Assembly (NCBI GenBank): GCA_964526345.1
Contig: CAZGKI010000002.1
Span: forward strand, 102,705-166,704
Origin: an uncultured Rikenellaceae bacterium
GTDB taxonomy: Bacteria; Bacteroidota; Bacteroidia; Bacteroidales; VadinHA17
Direction: 5' to 3'
DNA length: 64,000 bases
Part shown: positions 49,768 through 58,872 of the stretch, one piece after another
How the letters are laid out: every line of letters starts with the position of its first letter
Numbering within the stretch: the first letter of the stretch is position 1
The notes under the pieces: generated by a model
The model's input: only the letters and a program-made list of their open reading frames with translations
What the model was told of the DNA's origin: nothing
Database searches by the model: none
Translations under genes and position numbers: made by a program

Positions 49768-50556
49768 ATGAAAAAGATTTTTAGCTTGCTGATTATTGCA
49801 ACAGCAATAAGCACAGTTAATGGACAGACTCAGTCGATGCAACAACAAACCCCACCTAAAGTTAATCCTACCAAAATGGTCCCCGGTATGGTTGAGATAT
49901 GGGATCCTGAAGTAACTATTATAAAACCGGGAGCAACCGATCGTGAAGCCCCGTCAGATGCAATAGTGTTATTCGACGGGACAGATATAAATAAGGAGTG
50001 GGAAGACACAAAAGGTAATCCAACGAAATGGATAGTTAAAGATGGAGCAATGATAAGTGTCAGGGGTGCCGGTTTAATTCAGACTAAAAGAAAGTTTTCG
50101 AATATTCAGCTTCATATTGAATGGAAAACTCCTTCAGAGGTTACCGGCGAGAGCCAGGGCAGAGGTAACAGTGGTGTTTTTCTTCAGGGCCGCTATGAGG
50201 TTCAAGTACTTGATAGCTATAATAACAGGACCTATCGTCATGGACAGGCAGGAAGTATTTATAAGCAGTTCCCCCCGATGGTAAATGCAAGCAGAGGACC
50301 GGGTGAATGGCAGACCTATGATATAATTTTCACTGCGCCAACTTTCAATAAAGATTCCATCACATACTTTACACCTCCGAGAGTGACAGTAATTCATAAC
50401 GGGGTACTTGTTCAGAACAATGTAAGCTTAATGGGGCCAACAGACTACGTAAATATACCACAGGCCTATATAAGATTCCATGGGCCGGCCAGTATTCAGC
50501 TGCAGGACCACGGTAATCCTGTTGCGTTCAGGAATATATGGGTCAGGGAACTATAA
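49768..50556 (+). CDS. Secreted DUF1080 protein (3-keto-disaccharide hydrolase family)
   Basis: 262-aa ORF with a signal peptide. It carries NSGVFLQGRYEVQVLD and the C-terminal IQLQDHGNPVAFRNIWVREL typical of DUF1080. Confidence 0.8.
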   Translation: MKKIFSLLIIATAISTVNGQTQSMQQQTPPKVNPTKMVPGMVEIWDPEVTIIKPGATDREAPSDAIVLFDGTDINKEWEDTKGNPTKWIVKDGAMISVRGAGLIQTKRKFSNIQLHIEWKTPSEVTGESQGRGNSGVFLQGRYEVQVLDSYNNRTYRHGQAGSIYKQFPPMVNASRGPGEWQTYDIIFTAPTFNKDSITYFTPPRVTVIHNGVLVQNNVSLMGPTDYVNIPQAYIRFHGPASIQLQDHGNPVAFRNIWVREL

Positions 50557-50579
50557 GGGCGCTCGGTGCTATGGATGAG

Positions 50580-50619
50580 GATTGCTTCGTTGCGCGGATG
50601 CAGGACTCGTAATGACAGG
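50580..50619 (+). repeat. Intergenic motif copy 1: GATTGCTTC-N14-GGACTCGTAATGACAGG
   Basis: It shares GATTGCTTC and 16 of 17 nt of GGACTCG(T/C)AATGACAGG with 54447-54485. The ATTGC and GCAAT parts are inverted. Confidence 0.5.
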
Positions 50620-50690
50620 AGAACGAGGACCTTCATTCAGATTAATACTAAAGATAAATTAATTAACCTATTTTATTTTAAATTTTAATT

Positions 50691-51683
50691 ATGGGAAGAC
50701 CGGTAACATTATTTACAGGCCAGTGGGCAGATCTGCCGCTGGAAAAAGTATGCCATAAAGCCAAAGCATTTGGTTATGATGGCTTGGAGCTGGCATGCTG
50801 GGGCGATCATTTTGAGGTCGCTAAGGCTGATGGTAACTACTGTAAGGCTAAGCGCAAGTTGCTTGACAAGTACGGGCTCAAGGTATTTTCGATATCCAAT
50901 CATCTTGTAGGTCAGGCGGTTGCAGACCGTATCGATGAACGTCATAAAAGCATTGTACCCGGGTATATCTGGGGCGACGGTAAACCTGAAGGAGTAAGGA
51001 AACGCGCAGCGGAAGAGATGATAAGAACGGCAGAAGCTGCAAAAAGACTTGGCGTTTCTATCGTTAATGGATTCACCGGCAGTCCCATATGGCATCTGGT
51101 CTACTCATTCCCTCCCAACACACCAAAAATGATCGAGGATGGCTTCAGGGAGTTTGCGAAACGATGGAAGCCTATTCTGGATGCATACAAAAAACTTGGT
51201 GTATGTTTTGCGCTCGAAGTACATCCCACGGAGATTGCTTTTGACATAGCATCAGCACGCAGGGCGTTAAAGGCTGTCGGTAACCATCCGGCCTTTGGAT
51301 TCAATTATGATCCTTCACATCTGGGATACCAGGGAGTTGATTATGTTGAGTTTATTGACATCTTCAGCGACCGCATTTTTCATGTTCATATGAAGGATGC
51401 CGGCTGGTCAGAGTATCCCTCTGAAGCCGGAGTTTTTGGGGGCCATACTGAATTTGGATCAAAAGGACGCTACTGGGATTTCAGGAGCCCGGGAAGAGGA
51501 AATATAAACTTCGAAGAGATCATCAGGGCACTTAACCGTATCGGGTATAACGGACCACTCTCTGTTGAGTGGGAAGACAGCGGGATGGATCGTGAACACG
51601 GTGCAAAGGAGGCCTGTGAGTTTGTAAGGGCAATAGATTTTGCTCCTTCAAATATCGCATTTGATTCAGCTTTTGATAAATAG
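50691..51683 (+). CDS. Xylose isomerase-like TIM-barrel protein (sugar phosphate isomerase/epimerase family), cytoplasmic
   Basis: 330-aa ORF with no signal peptide. Motifs: [23 protein letters not shown]. Confidence 0.8.
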   Translation: MGRPVTLFTGQWADLPLEKVCHKAKAFGYDGLELACWGDHFEVAKADGNYCKAKRKLLDKYGLKVFSISNHLVGQAVADRIDERHKSIVPGYIWGDGKPEGVRKRAAEEMIRTAEAAKRLGVSIVNGFTGSPIWHLVYSFPPNTPKMIEDGFREFAKRWKPILDAYKKLGVCFALEVHPTEIAFDIASARRALKAVGNHPAFGFNYDPSHLGYQGVDYVEFIDIFSDRIFHVHMKDAGWSEYPSEAGVFGGHTEFGSKGRYWDFRSPGRGNINFEEIIRALNRIGYNGPLSVEWEDSGMDREHGAKEACEFVRAIDFAPSNIAFDSAFDK

Positions 51684-51729
51684 CATATGAGACTTATATT
51701 TTTTTAATAAACCCTTAACTGACTTTTTT

Positions 51730-52983
51730 ATGGATTCGAAAATCAAGAAAACACTCTTATTTAATGCAAGTTGTGTTGCTTTAGTAGTTACAGCCCTCTC
51801 TTTTGCTACAAGAGGATCATTTGTGGAAGCATGGGCAGTTGAATTTAATCTCACTCATGCCCAGGTTGGCTGGATTGTTGGAACAGCTTTCTGGGGTTTC
51901 ACCCTGGCAATGTTTTTTGGAGGTCCTTTGGTCGATATTATAGGACTGGGACGAATTATTGCAATAGCATTTATCTGTCATGTTGCAGGGATAGTTCTTA
52001 CCATAGTAGCGACCGGCTTTTGGACACTCTTTATTTCAACATTGTTCATAGGAGTGGCTAATGGCAGTGTAGAAGCTGCATGCAATCCATTGATAACCAG
52101 CATGTATACTGAAGAAAAAACAAGACGCCTCAATAGGTTCCATGCCTGGTTTCCCACAGGAATTGTAATTGGCGGACTTACTGTTTACCTGTTTAATAAT
52201 ATAGGTCTTACTGATTGGCGGTATGCAATGGCTATCATGCTTGTTCCTACTTTTATCTACGGATTTATGTTCCTCAACAAGCAATTTCCTCAGACAGAAC
52301 GTGTTGTTGCAGGTTTCTCCTATAAGGATATGTTAAAGGCTTGTATCAGCCCTCTATTCCTTTTCATGGCATTTTGCATGGTACTTACAGCCGCAACAGA
52401 ACTTGGAACAAATCAGTGGATAGCAGCTTTGCTTGCAAACGTCTCCAATAATCCGATTCTTTTACTGGTATGGATTTCGGGTATTATGGCTCTTGCCCGT
52501 CAGTTCGGAGGAACATTCGTTCATAATACTAGGTCGACTGTAATTTTATTATTCTCATCAATTCTTGCATTCATTGGGTTGATCCTTATGGGATATACCA
52601 ATGGGATGATGGTATTTGCTGCTGCCGGCATTTTTGCCCTTGGAATAGCTTTCTTTTGGCCTACAATGCTGGGATTTGTTTCGGAAAATATACCTCAGAG
52701 TGGAGCTCTTGGTCTTGCGATAATGGGTGGCATCGGTTTCCTTGGCGGGGCCATTGCACAACCATCGCTCGGCGCAATATTTGATGCACAGACTGCTGCT
52801 GCAGTTCCGCCTGGGCAGTTGATTGAGGTGCTGAAAGCTGCTGCTGCAGGGACACATGAAGCAATCGCGTGGGCGCAGGCAGAGCTTACGGGTGGGGCGC
52901 ATACATTAAGGTATGTTGCTGTGGTTCCTGCATTTCTTATTGCCTGTTTTACATACCTGCATTTCAGAAAAACGAAAGCATGA
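51730..52983 (+). CDS. MFS transporter
   Basis: 417-aa ORF with about 12 hydrophobic helices split 6+6 by a central loop. Confidence 0.8.
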   Translation: MDSKIKKTLLFNASCVALVVTALSFATRGSFVEAWAVEFNLTHAQVGWIVGTAFWGFTLAMFFGGPLVDIIGLGRIIAIAFICHVAGIVLTIVATGFWTLFISTLFIGVANGSVEAACNPLITSMYTEEKTRRLNRFHAWFPTGIVIGGLTVYLFNNIGLTDWRYAMAIMLVPTFIYGFMFLNKQFPQTERVVAGFSYKDMLKACISPLFLFMAFCMVLTAATELGTNQWIAALLANVSNNPILLLVWISGIMALARQFGGTFVHNTRSTVILLFSSILAFIGLILMGYTNGMMVFAAAGIFALGIAFFWPTMLGFVSENIPQSGALGLAIMGGIGFLGGAIAQPSLGAIFDAQTAAAVPPGQLIEVLKAAAAGTHEAIAWAQAELTGGAHTLRYVAVVPAFLIACFTYLHFRKTKA

Positions 52984-53031
52984 ATGTAAAAATTAAGGTA
53001 TTAAAGAAAGAGATATATATGGCATTTTAGT

Positions 53032-53143
53032 ATATTATATTTATTGTATATTAGAGTTTCTATATATTAAATTCTTATAATATTATATCCTTAATATATT
53101 ATGATTATATAATATTATGGTTTTAAAATATTAATCGAAAATC
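53032..53143. repeat. Seven-unit degenerate 16-bp tandem array anchored by ATATTA
   Basis: ATATTA starts at 53032, 53048, 53064, 53080, 53096, 53112 and 53128, exactly 16 bp apart. The other 10 positions of each unit are AT-rich but variable. Confidence 0.85.
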
Positions 53144-53158
53144 ACTTATTTAAATTTT

Positions 53159-54292
53159 ATGAAAAAGATTAAAATGGGAATGATTGGAGGCGGTATTGGA
53201 GCATTTATTGGCGATGCACATCGACGCGCTTCACGTATATGTAACGATTATGAACTTGTAGGCGGCGTCTTCGATGCCGACTATGAGAAGAGCAAAGAAT
53301 TTGCTGTAAAAGAGGGTATATCCCTGGACCGTTGCTATAAAAGTGTTGACGCACTTATTAAAACCGAGCTGGCACTTCCAAAGAACGAAAGGATGCAGGT
53401 CGTTGCAATTGTCACACCTAATGCTCTTCACTATCCGTTCGCAAAGAAATTCCTTGAAAATGGATTCCACCTGGTCTGCGAAAAGCCGATGACGCTTACA
53501 GTCAGTGAAGCTCTTGATCTTGAAAAACTTGTTGCAAAAAACAAACTGACTTTTGCACTGACTCACACATATACAGGCTATCCAATGATAAGGCAGATGA
53601 AGGACATGATTGCGAAAGGCGTTCTGGGTACTATCCAGCGTATTGACGCGCAATACTACCAGGGATGGATCAACTCTATCATTCATGGTACAGGCAGCAG
53701 GATAACCGGTATATGGCGGCTTGATCCAAAGCATGCCGGCGCCAGCAGCTGTATGGGCGATATAGGTGTTCATGCATTTAACCTAATAGAATATACTACC
53801 GGACTGGAAGTCAAGGAAGTATTGTCCGATCTCAATTCCGTAAAAGATGGTGTGAAACTTGATCTTGACGGTACTGTCCTGCTGCGTTTCAGTAAAAAAC
53901 TCAAGGGTGTCATCCGTTCGAGCCAGGTTTGCGCCGGAGAAGAGAACAATCTGACAATAGCTGTCTACGGATCTAAAGCAAGTCTCAAATGGGGTCAGGA
54001 AAATCCTAATTACCTGTACATGCTGAGCGACTCAGAACCAACAAAGGTGTTCAAGCCCGCTCATGGGTATAACGACAAACTGGCAGAAGAGGGACATACC
54101 ATGCCTGCAGGGCATCCTGAAGGAATTTACGAAGCTCTGGCCAATATTTATAAAGGAACAGCAAAATCGATCCGTCGTGAAAAATTTAAAACGGGAGAAT
54201 TTCCCACAGTTCATGACGGCGTAAGAGGAATGAAGTTCATACATGCAGTTGTAAATTCCAATAAAGAAGGCAATAAATGGGTGAAGATATAA
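53159..54292 (+). CDS. Gfo/Idh/MocA family oxidoreductase, cytoplasmic
   Basis: 377-aa ORF with N-terminal Rossmann MGMIGGGIGAFIG and the CEKP motif. No signal peptide. Confidence 0.85.
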   Translation: MKKIKMGMIGGGIGAFIGDAHRRASRICNDYELVGGVFDADYEKSKEFAVKEGISLDRCYKSVDALIKTELALPKNERMQVVAIVTPNALHYPFAKKFLENGFHLVCEKPMTLTVSEALDLEKLVAKNKLTFALTHTYTGYPMIRQMKDMIAKGVLGTIQRIDAQYYQGWINSIIHGTGSRITGIWRLDPKHAGASSCMGDIGVHAFNLIEYTTGLEVKEVLSDLNSVKDGVKLDLDGTVLLRFSKKLKGVIRSSQVCAGEENNLTIAVYGSKASLKWGQENPNYLYMLSDSEPTKVFKPAHGYNDKLAEEGHTMPAGHPEGIYEALANIYKGTAKSIRREKFKTGEFPTVHDGVRGMKFIHAVVNSNKEGNKWVKI

Positions 54293-54446
54293 GGTGCAAG
54301 GTGCAAAGCAAAACTCCCCCTTTAAAGAGCTTGTCCCGCATAGCTTCAGCGTAGCGGGAGGGCCGGGGGGATGTAAAGAAAGGTTCAAAGTTCAAGGGAA
54401 AGGCACAGGGGTCGTTAACTTTTCAGACTGTAGTTTTGGTTATTAA

Positions 54447-54485
54447 GATTGCTTCTCCCGATTTCGTTGGACTCGCAATGACAGG
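54447..54485 (+). repeat. Intergenic motif copy 2: GATTGCTTC-N13-GGACTCGCAATGACAGG
   Basis: Second copy of the motif at 50580-50619. It ends 31 nt upstream of the Tat-signal TIM-barrel gene. Confidence 0.5.
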
Positions 54486-54516
54486 TAATTAATTACGATT
54501 TTGTAAAAATAGAGAA

Positions 54517-55521
54517 ATGCAGAAAAAAGAATCATATAAGAAGGTTTCGAGGCGTAAATTTCTGGGGCTAACGGCTGCCGGAGCAGCGTTGGCATTCATG
54601 TCGGTCAGTTTCGCTGATGAAATGGACCAGGAGAAGCAAAATAGTATTAAGCCTGACTCAAAATTCGGAGGTGTACAGGTCGGGGCAATATCCTACAGCT
54701 GGAGAAGCATGCCGGGCAGCGCTGAGGATATACTAAAATATTGTGTTGAATGCGGTATAAGTTCTATTGAGCTTATGGGCAATACGGCAGAAGAATTTGC
54801 TGGCTTGCCCCTATTACCTGCCCGTCCGGCAAGCGATGCAAATAGTGAAGAAAAAGCTGCTTATAATAAAGCTGCCAGAGAGATTACGGAGGCTCAAAGG
54901 CAGTTCAGAATATCACTTCCCATAAAAAAATATGAAGAATTGCGAAAGATGTACAATGATGCCGGAGTAACCATCCATATTGTTAAATTCTCTCCGGAAA
55001 ACTGGTCTGATGAAGAGATTGATTATGCATTCATGGCTGCCAAAGCGCTGGGGACAAAAGGAGTATCTAATGAAATAGGCGACGAAGCCTGTAAGAGACT
55101 GGGGCCGTTTGCCCAAAAACATGGAATGTATGCGATAATGCATCAGCACCTTCAGCCAGGTGAACAGGGATGGTCATTTGAAAAATTTCTGGGCTATTCG
55201 CCTGCTATCATGCTGAATTTTGATGCAGGTCACTACTTTGGGGCAACAGGAATGCATCCAAATAACATAATAGAAAAACTGCACGACAGGATCATAAGTG
55301 TTCACATGAAAGATAAAACAGGCCCTACGGGAACTCCTCCTAATACCAACATGGAATGGGGTAAAGGAGAGACTCCTATTGCAGACATCCTTCTCCTGAT
55401 TAAAAAGAATAAATGGCCGATTTATGCCGATATAGAACTGGAATACCCTGTCCCACAGGGATCTGATGCAGTTGCCGAGGTTAAAAAATGTGTTGAATAC
55501 TGCAAAAAGATAATTACATAA
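54517..55521 (+). CDS. Xylose isomerase-like TIM-barrel protein with twin-arginine signal
   Basis: 334-aa ORF with the Tat motif SRRKFLGLTAAGAALAF, plus SSIELMG and SVHMKD. Confidence 0.8.
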   Translation: MQKKESYKKVSRRKFLGLTAAGAALAFMSVSFADEMDQEKQNSIKPDSKFGGVQVGAISYSWRSMPGSAEDILKYCVECGISSIELMGNTAEEFAGLPLLPARPASDANSEEKAAYNKAAREITEAQRQFRISLPIKKYEELRKMYNDAGVTIHIVKFSPENWSDEEIDYAFMAAKALGTKGVSNEIGDEACKRLGPFAQKHGMYAIMHQHLQPGEQGWSFEKFLGYSPAIMLNFDAGHYFGATGMHPNNIIEKLHDRIISVHMKDKTGPTGTPPNTNMEWGKGETPIADILLLIKKNKWPIYADIELEYPVPQGSDAVAEVKKCVEYCKKIIT

Positions 55522-55535
55522 TAAAACCTCTGTGG

Positions 55536-55593
55536 CTCTCTGTGAACCCGATTTTAATAGGGCGCTGAGGTAACACAGAAGGATCACAGAGAG
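55536..55593. terminator. 10-bp inverted repeat between convergent genes
   Basis: ctctctgtga (55536-55545) and tcacagagag (55584-55593) are perfectly complementary with a 38-nt loop. T-rich sequence follows on both strands. Confidence 0.45.
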
Positions 55594-55597
55594 TTGT

Positions 55598-55861
55598 TTA
55601 TTGTTTCTTCTTTTTTAAAAGCAAAAATGCTGCAGCACCTACAATAATTACAGCACCGGCTATAATAGTAATTTTTAAAGTTGATTTTTTTTCTTTAACG
55701 GGTTTGATATCAGCTTTATCGTCTTCGACTGCATAATAAACTTCCGGTTTTGCATTTGTATCCATGTTAACAGTATCTTTTGCAGGTTTCGGCTGTTCCT
55801 GGGCAAATGCACCCAGTGCAAGGATTACTGTTAACGAGATAACCAGAATAGATTTTTTCAT
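55598..55861 (-). CDS. Small secreted or tail-anchored Lys-rich protein
   Basis: 87-aa ORF with a signal peptide, a charged middle region, a C-terminal TM helix (ITIIAGAVIIVGAAAFLLL) and a KKKKQ tail. It starts 18 nt after the GT39 stop. Confidence 0.45.
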   Translation of the reverse strand: MKKSILVISLTVILALGAFAQEQPKPAKDTVNMDTNAKPEVYYAVEDDKADIKPVKEKKSTLKITIIAGAVIIVGAAAFLLLKKKKQ

Positions 55862-55879
55862 TTTTTTCTGTTTTTTTGA

Positions 55880-57946
55880 TTATTTTATTTTCTCTACTAT
55901 CTTATCTAATTCGTCCGCAATTTCAGGATCGCTCTGCCTGTAAGTATCAGCCAGCGCTACCACTGCAGGTTTATATCCGGGATAAATCGTCAGGCATCTT
56001 TTCAGTAGCTGGCGGGCCTGATGAATATCCGTCTCAGCAATCAACCCTGACAGATTCACATAGGCTTTAAAATACTTCAGGTTGAGATCAATCACTTTTC
56101 TATAATAACCTTCTGCAAGGTCAGGTTCTTTCCTGACATTGGCAATATTTCCGAGATACATCAGAATCGGTTCAAAATCAGGGTTTATTTCCAGGCCCTT
56201 TTTCAGAATAGTATCTGCTTTCACATACTGCCCGTCAGTATATAATGCCCGTGCAAAATTATAAAAAATCATTTCATCTTTAAAATCAATTTTTACTGCC
56301 TCCTCAAAATGGCTGATCGCTTCCTTTATATTGCCTTCTTCCAGCGCTCTGTAACCTAAGTAATCCTCTTTGGTTTTCCTCTCAAGAACTGCACATATAG
56401 GGACGCTGTCGGCATAAATTATATGTATTGCATTATCCGGAGGCCATTCGTTGTTCTTTAATTTATACGGTGAAATATATCTGTTGGCAATTATTGCATA
56501 GTCCCAGTCATACTGGCTTCTCTCCTCATTTCTGAAATATGATGTCGCAATTCCAGGATGCTTCCTGAATTGCCAGTCGACTGAATATGTAGCCTTTACA
56601 ATTGCCGAATCGCGTTTATTTGCTTCAAGATAATCTATAAGCCATTTCGAAGCTTCGGTCTGGCTTATATAATAATAATCTGTCTCATAGTTCCCATAGG
56701 CCCCTCTTAATCCTCCCGTGAACTGGTTATAATATATATAGCAATAAGAGGGATTCCTGGCCATAAATTCCACCGGATGCACAGACAGGACAAAAAGTAT
56801 AATAACCACTATCAATCTGTAAAAATTCTTATCCCATAGGTCAAACAGGAAATTGAAGCCTGTTGCTGCCAGTAAGATTATTGCAGGGTAAAGAAACAGG
56901 AACTGTCTCCACGAACTGTAAAGATTTGATTTTTCTCTAATTACAAACAATACAGGAAACAATATCGTAAAGAATATCAATATGTAAAGTAATGATTTGA
57001 CACTTCTGAAATTCCTGTAAAACAATCCCGTGAATAGAACAAATCCTGTGGATACTACTATGGGAATGGTTATGGCCATCGATTTAGGGAGGTAATACCA
57101 TGGCATAAAATCTGACCATTCGACTTTACCTTCAAAAATCTGCCGGAAAGTATCAGGAAAATGAGCCATAACTTTGTATGATTCAATTACATTCTTAAGG
57201 GGTGACTGTAATGCGAAAGGCCAGAGCAGTATTCCAAGAATCAAAGCTGCTCCGGAAACTAATATTATGATCATAAGCTTTTTAACTGCCTGGTTAATAT
57301 CTAATTTCTGATCCCTGAAATATTGCAAACACAGACTTATCAGGTAGAAGAAAAAGAGATAACAGATCAGGATCAATCCTCCAGCCCTGATGCTGATTGC
57401 AAAAGCTATACTTATCAGTAACAGAATAATATCGGTAATGGTAATCTTCCTTACCGGGAACAGTATTTTAAGAGAAAACCAGGTGCCTGCTATATAAGAT
57501 AATGCGAATGGGATATCCTTCAGGTTATTCTGGGTATGCCCCATGAAGGTGGGTGAAATGGCAAAAAGGAATAGTACCAGAATGCCGCTCCTGTACCCGG
57601 AAAGCCAGGTTGCAAAAAGAGCGGTTATAAAAATTGCCAGCCATCCGGCCAGGGAGCTCATCAGGTGCCTGAAGCCGTAGATGTCATCTATTTTGAACCA
57701 TCTTGTCAGAAATGTTACAACATTATCATATGACTGACCATAATATTTAAGATGAGTTTCAGGAGTATTCAATGCTGATTTATCAGCACCGTGTGAAGCA
57801 AAATAGTTAAAGACAGAAACAGACTGGTTATAATGAAGCACCTCGTCGCAGGAAATACCTGCATTCCTGCTTAATATTAGCATAACAACGAGAAGAAATG
57901 CTGAACTGGCAAAGAAGATATATTTCAATCCTGTTGCTTTCATCAT
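55880..57946 (-). CDS. GT-C fold glycosyltransferase (GT39/ArnT/PMT_2-like) with C-terminal TPR domain
   Basis: 688-aa ORF with about 11 TM helices in the first ~410 aa. A soluble region with TPR-like repeats follows (EEGNIKEAISHFEEAVKID..., YYRKVIDLNLKYFKAY...). The ATGA start overlaps the GT2 stop. Confidence 0.8.
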   Translation of the reverse strand: MMKATGLKYIFFASSAFLLVVMLILSRNAGISCDEVLHYNQSVSVFNYFASHGADKSALNTPETHLKYYGQSYDNVVTFLTRWFKIDDIYGFRHLMSSLAGWLAIFITALFATWLSGYRSGILVLFLFAISPTFMGHTQNNLKDIPFALSYIAGTWFSLKILFPVRKITITDIILLLISIAFAISIRAGGLILICYLFFFYLISLCLQYFRDQKLDINQAVKKLMIIILVSGAALILGILLWPFALQSPLKNVIESYKVMAHFPDTFRQIFEGKVEWSDFMPWYYLPKSMAITIPIVVSTGFVLFTGLFYRNFRSVKSLLYILIFFTILFPVLFVIREKSNLYSSWRQFLFLYPAIILLAATGFNFLFDLWDKNFYRLIVVIILFVLSVHPVEFMARNPSYCYIYYNQFTGGLRGAYGNYETDYYYISQTEASKWLIDYLEANKRDSAIVKATYSVDWQFRKHPGIATSYFRNEERSQYDWDYAIIANRYISPYKLKNNEWPPDNAIHIIYADSVPICAVLERKTKEDYLGYRALEEGNIKEAISHFEEAVKIDFKDEMIFYNFARALYTDGQYVKADTILKKGLEINPDFEPILMYLGNIANVRKEPDLAEGYYRKVIDLNLKYFKAYVNLSGLIAETDIHQARQLLKRCLTIYPGYKPAVVALADTYRQSDPEIADELDKIVEKIK

Positions 57947-58872
57947 TTTTCCGGGTTGTCATCATAGAATTTCCTGACAAAGTATACCGGACGGTTTTGT
58001 GATTCTTTGTAATTTCTGAAAATATATTCCCCGAGTATTCCCAGGAATACCAGTTGTATGGAGCCTAGAAAATATATACTTAATAATGTCGACGACCAGC
58101 CCGGGACCGCTATTCCTGTTGCTTTGGCAACAAGCACATAAACTCCGGCCGCCAGAAAAACAATAGTGCCCAGTGTTCCAAGTACAAGGCAGCATCTGAT
58201 AGGAAATCTTGAGAATGAGAAGATAGCATCAGTTGCCAGTATATATAATTTACTGAGTGTCATCCTGGATTTGCCTTTGAAACGGTGGTCCCTGACAAAT
58301 TCCACATAACCATGCTTAAACCCTATGAAGGACCTTAGTCCCGGTAAATAACGCACTTTCTCCTTCAGCGAAAGCAGGGCATCAACGGCAATTCTTTTCA
58401 TCATGGAGTAATTTCCATAATTCTCCATGCCCTTAATTTCGCTTATATTCTTAAAAATTATATGAAAGAGGACAGCATAAAGATTACGGCTCCGGTTACC
58501 TTTTCTGCCTGTTTTTTTCCCGCTGACAATATCAAAATCCTCCTGAGTGATCTTACTGTGCATCTCACCGAGCAATTCCGGAGGATCCTGAAGATCTCCG
58601 TCCATCATTGCAACTATTTCGCCCCTGGCATAGGTCAGCCCGGCAGTAAAAGCTGCCTGATGCCCAAAATTCTTTGAAAGAGACAGTAACTTGATCCTTA
58701 TATTCTTCTCCCTGATTTTCAGAATATTAACAGCACTCTGATCTGTACTCCCGTCATCAACGAATATTACTTCATAATCCTTCGTGAAAGACTCGATAGC
58801 AGTAATTGTCCGCCTGGTAAGCTCATCAATCAGCTTCTCTTCGTTGAATACGGGAATTACCAGTGAAAACAT
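57943..58872 (-). CDS. GT2 polyprenyl-phosphate glycosyltransferase (ArnC/DPM1-like)
   Basis: VIPVFNEE, FVDDGSTD and the MDGDLQDPPE (DxD) motif. Two C-terminal TM helices. Confidence 0.9.
   Translation of the reverse strand: MFSLVIPVFNEEKLIDELTRRTITAIESFTKDYEVIFVDDGSTDQSAVNILKIREKNIRIKLLSLSKNFGHQAAFTAGLTYARGEIVAMMDGDLQDPPELLGEMHSKITQEDFDIVSGKKTGRKGNRSRNLYAVLFHIIFKNISEIKGMENYGNYSMMKRIAVDALLSLKEKVRYLPGLRSFIGFKHGYVEFVRDHRFKGKSRMTLSKLYILATDAIFSFSRFPIRCCLVLGTLGTIVFLAAGVYVLVAKATGIAVPGWSSTLLSIYFLGSIQLVFLGILGEYIFRNYKESQNRPVYFVRKFYDDNPEK

Noticed and set aside
53032-53143. The regularly spaced repeat array could be a degenerate CRISPR or a plasmid-type iteron origin.
   Set aside because: The 16-bp period with only a 6-bp conserved core is far too short for CRISPR repeat-spacer units, and there are no cas genes. 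No rep, par or dnaA genes or DnaA boxes are nearby, so an origin is unsupported. It is kept as a finding of unknown function.
55536-55593. ctctgtg / cacagag repeats as a possible regulatory palindrome.
   Set aside because: The element sits between two convergent stop codons with T-rich flanks. A bidirectional terminator or REP-like element is the simpler explanation, so it is listed only as a feature.
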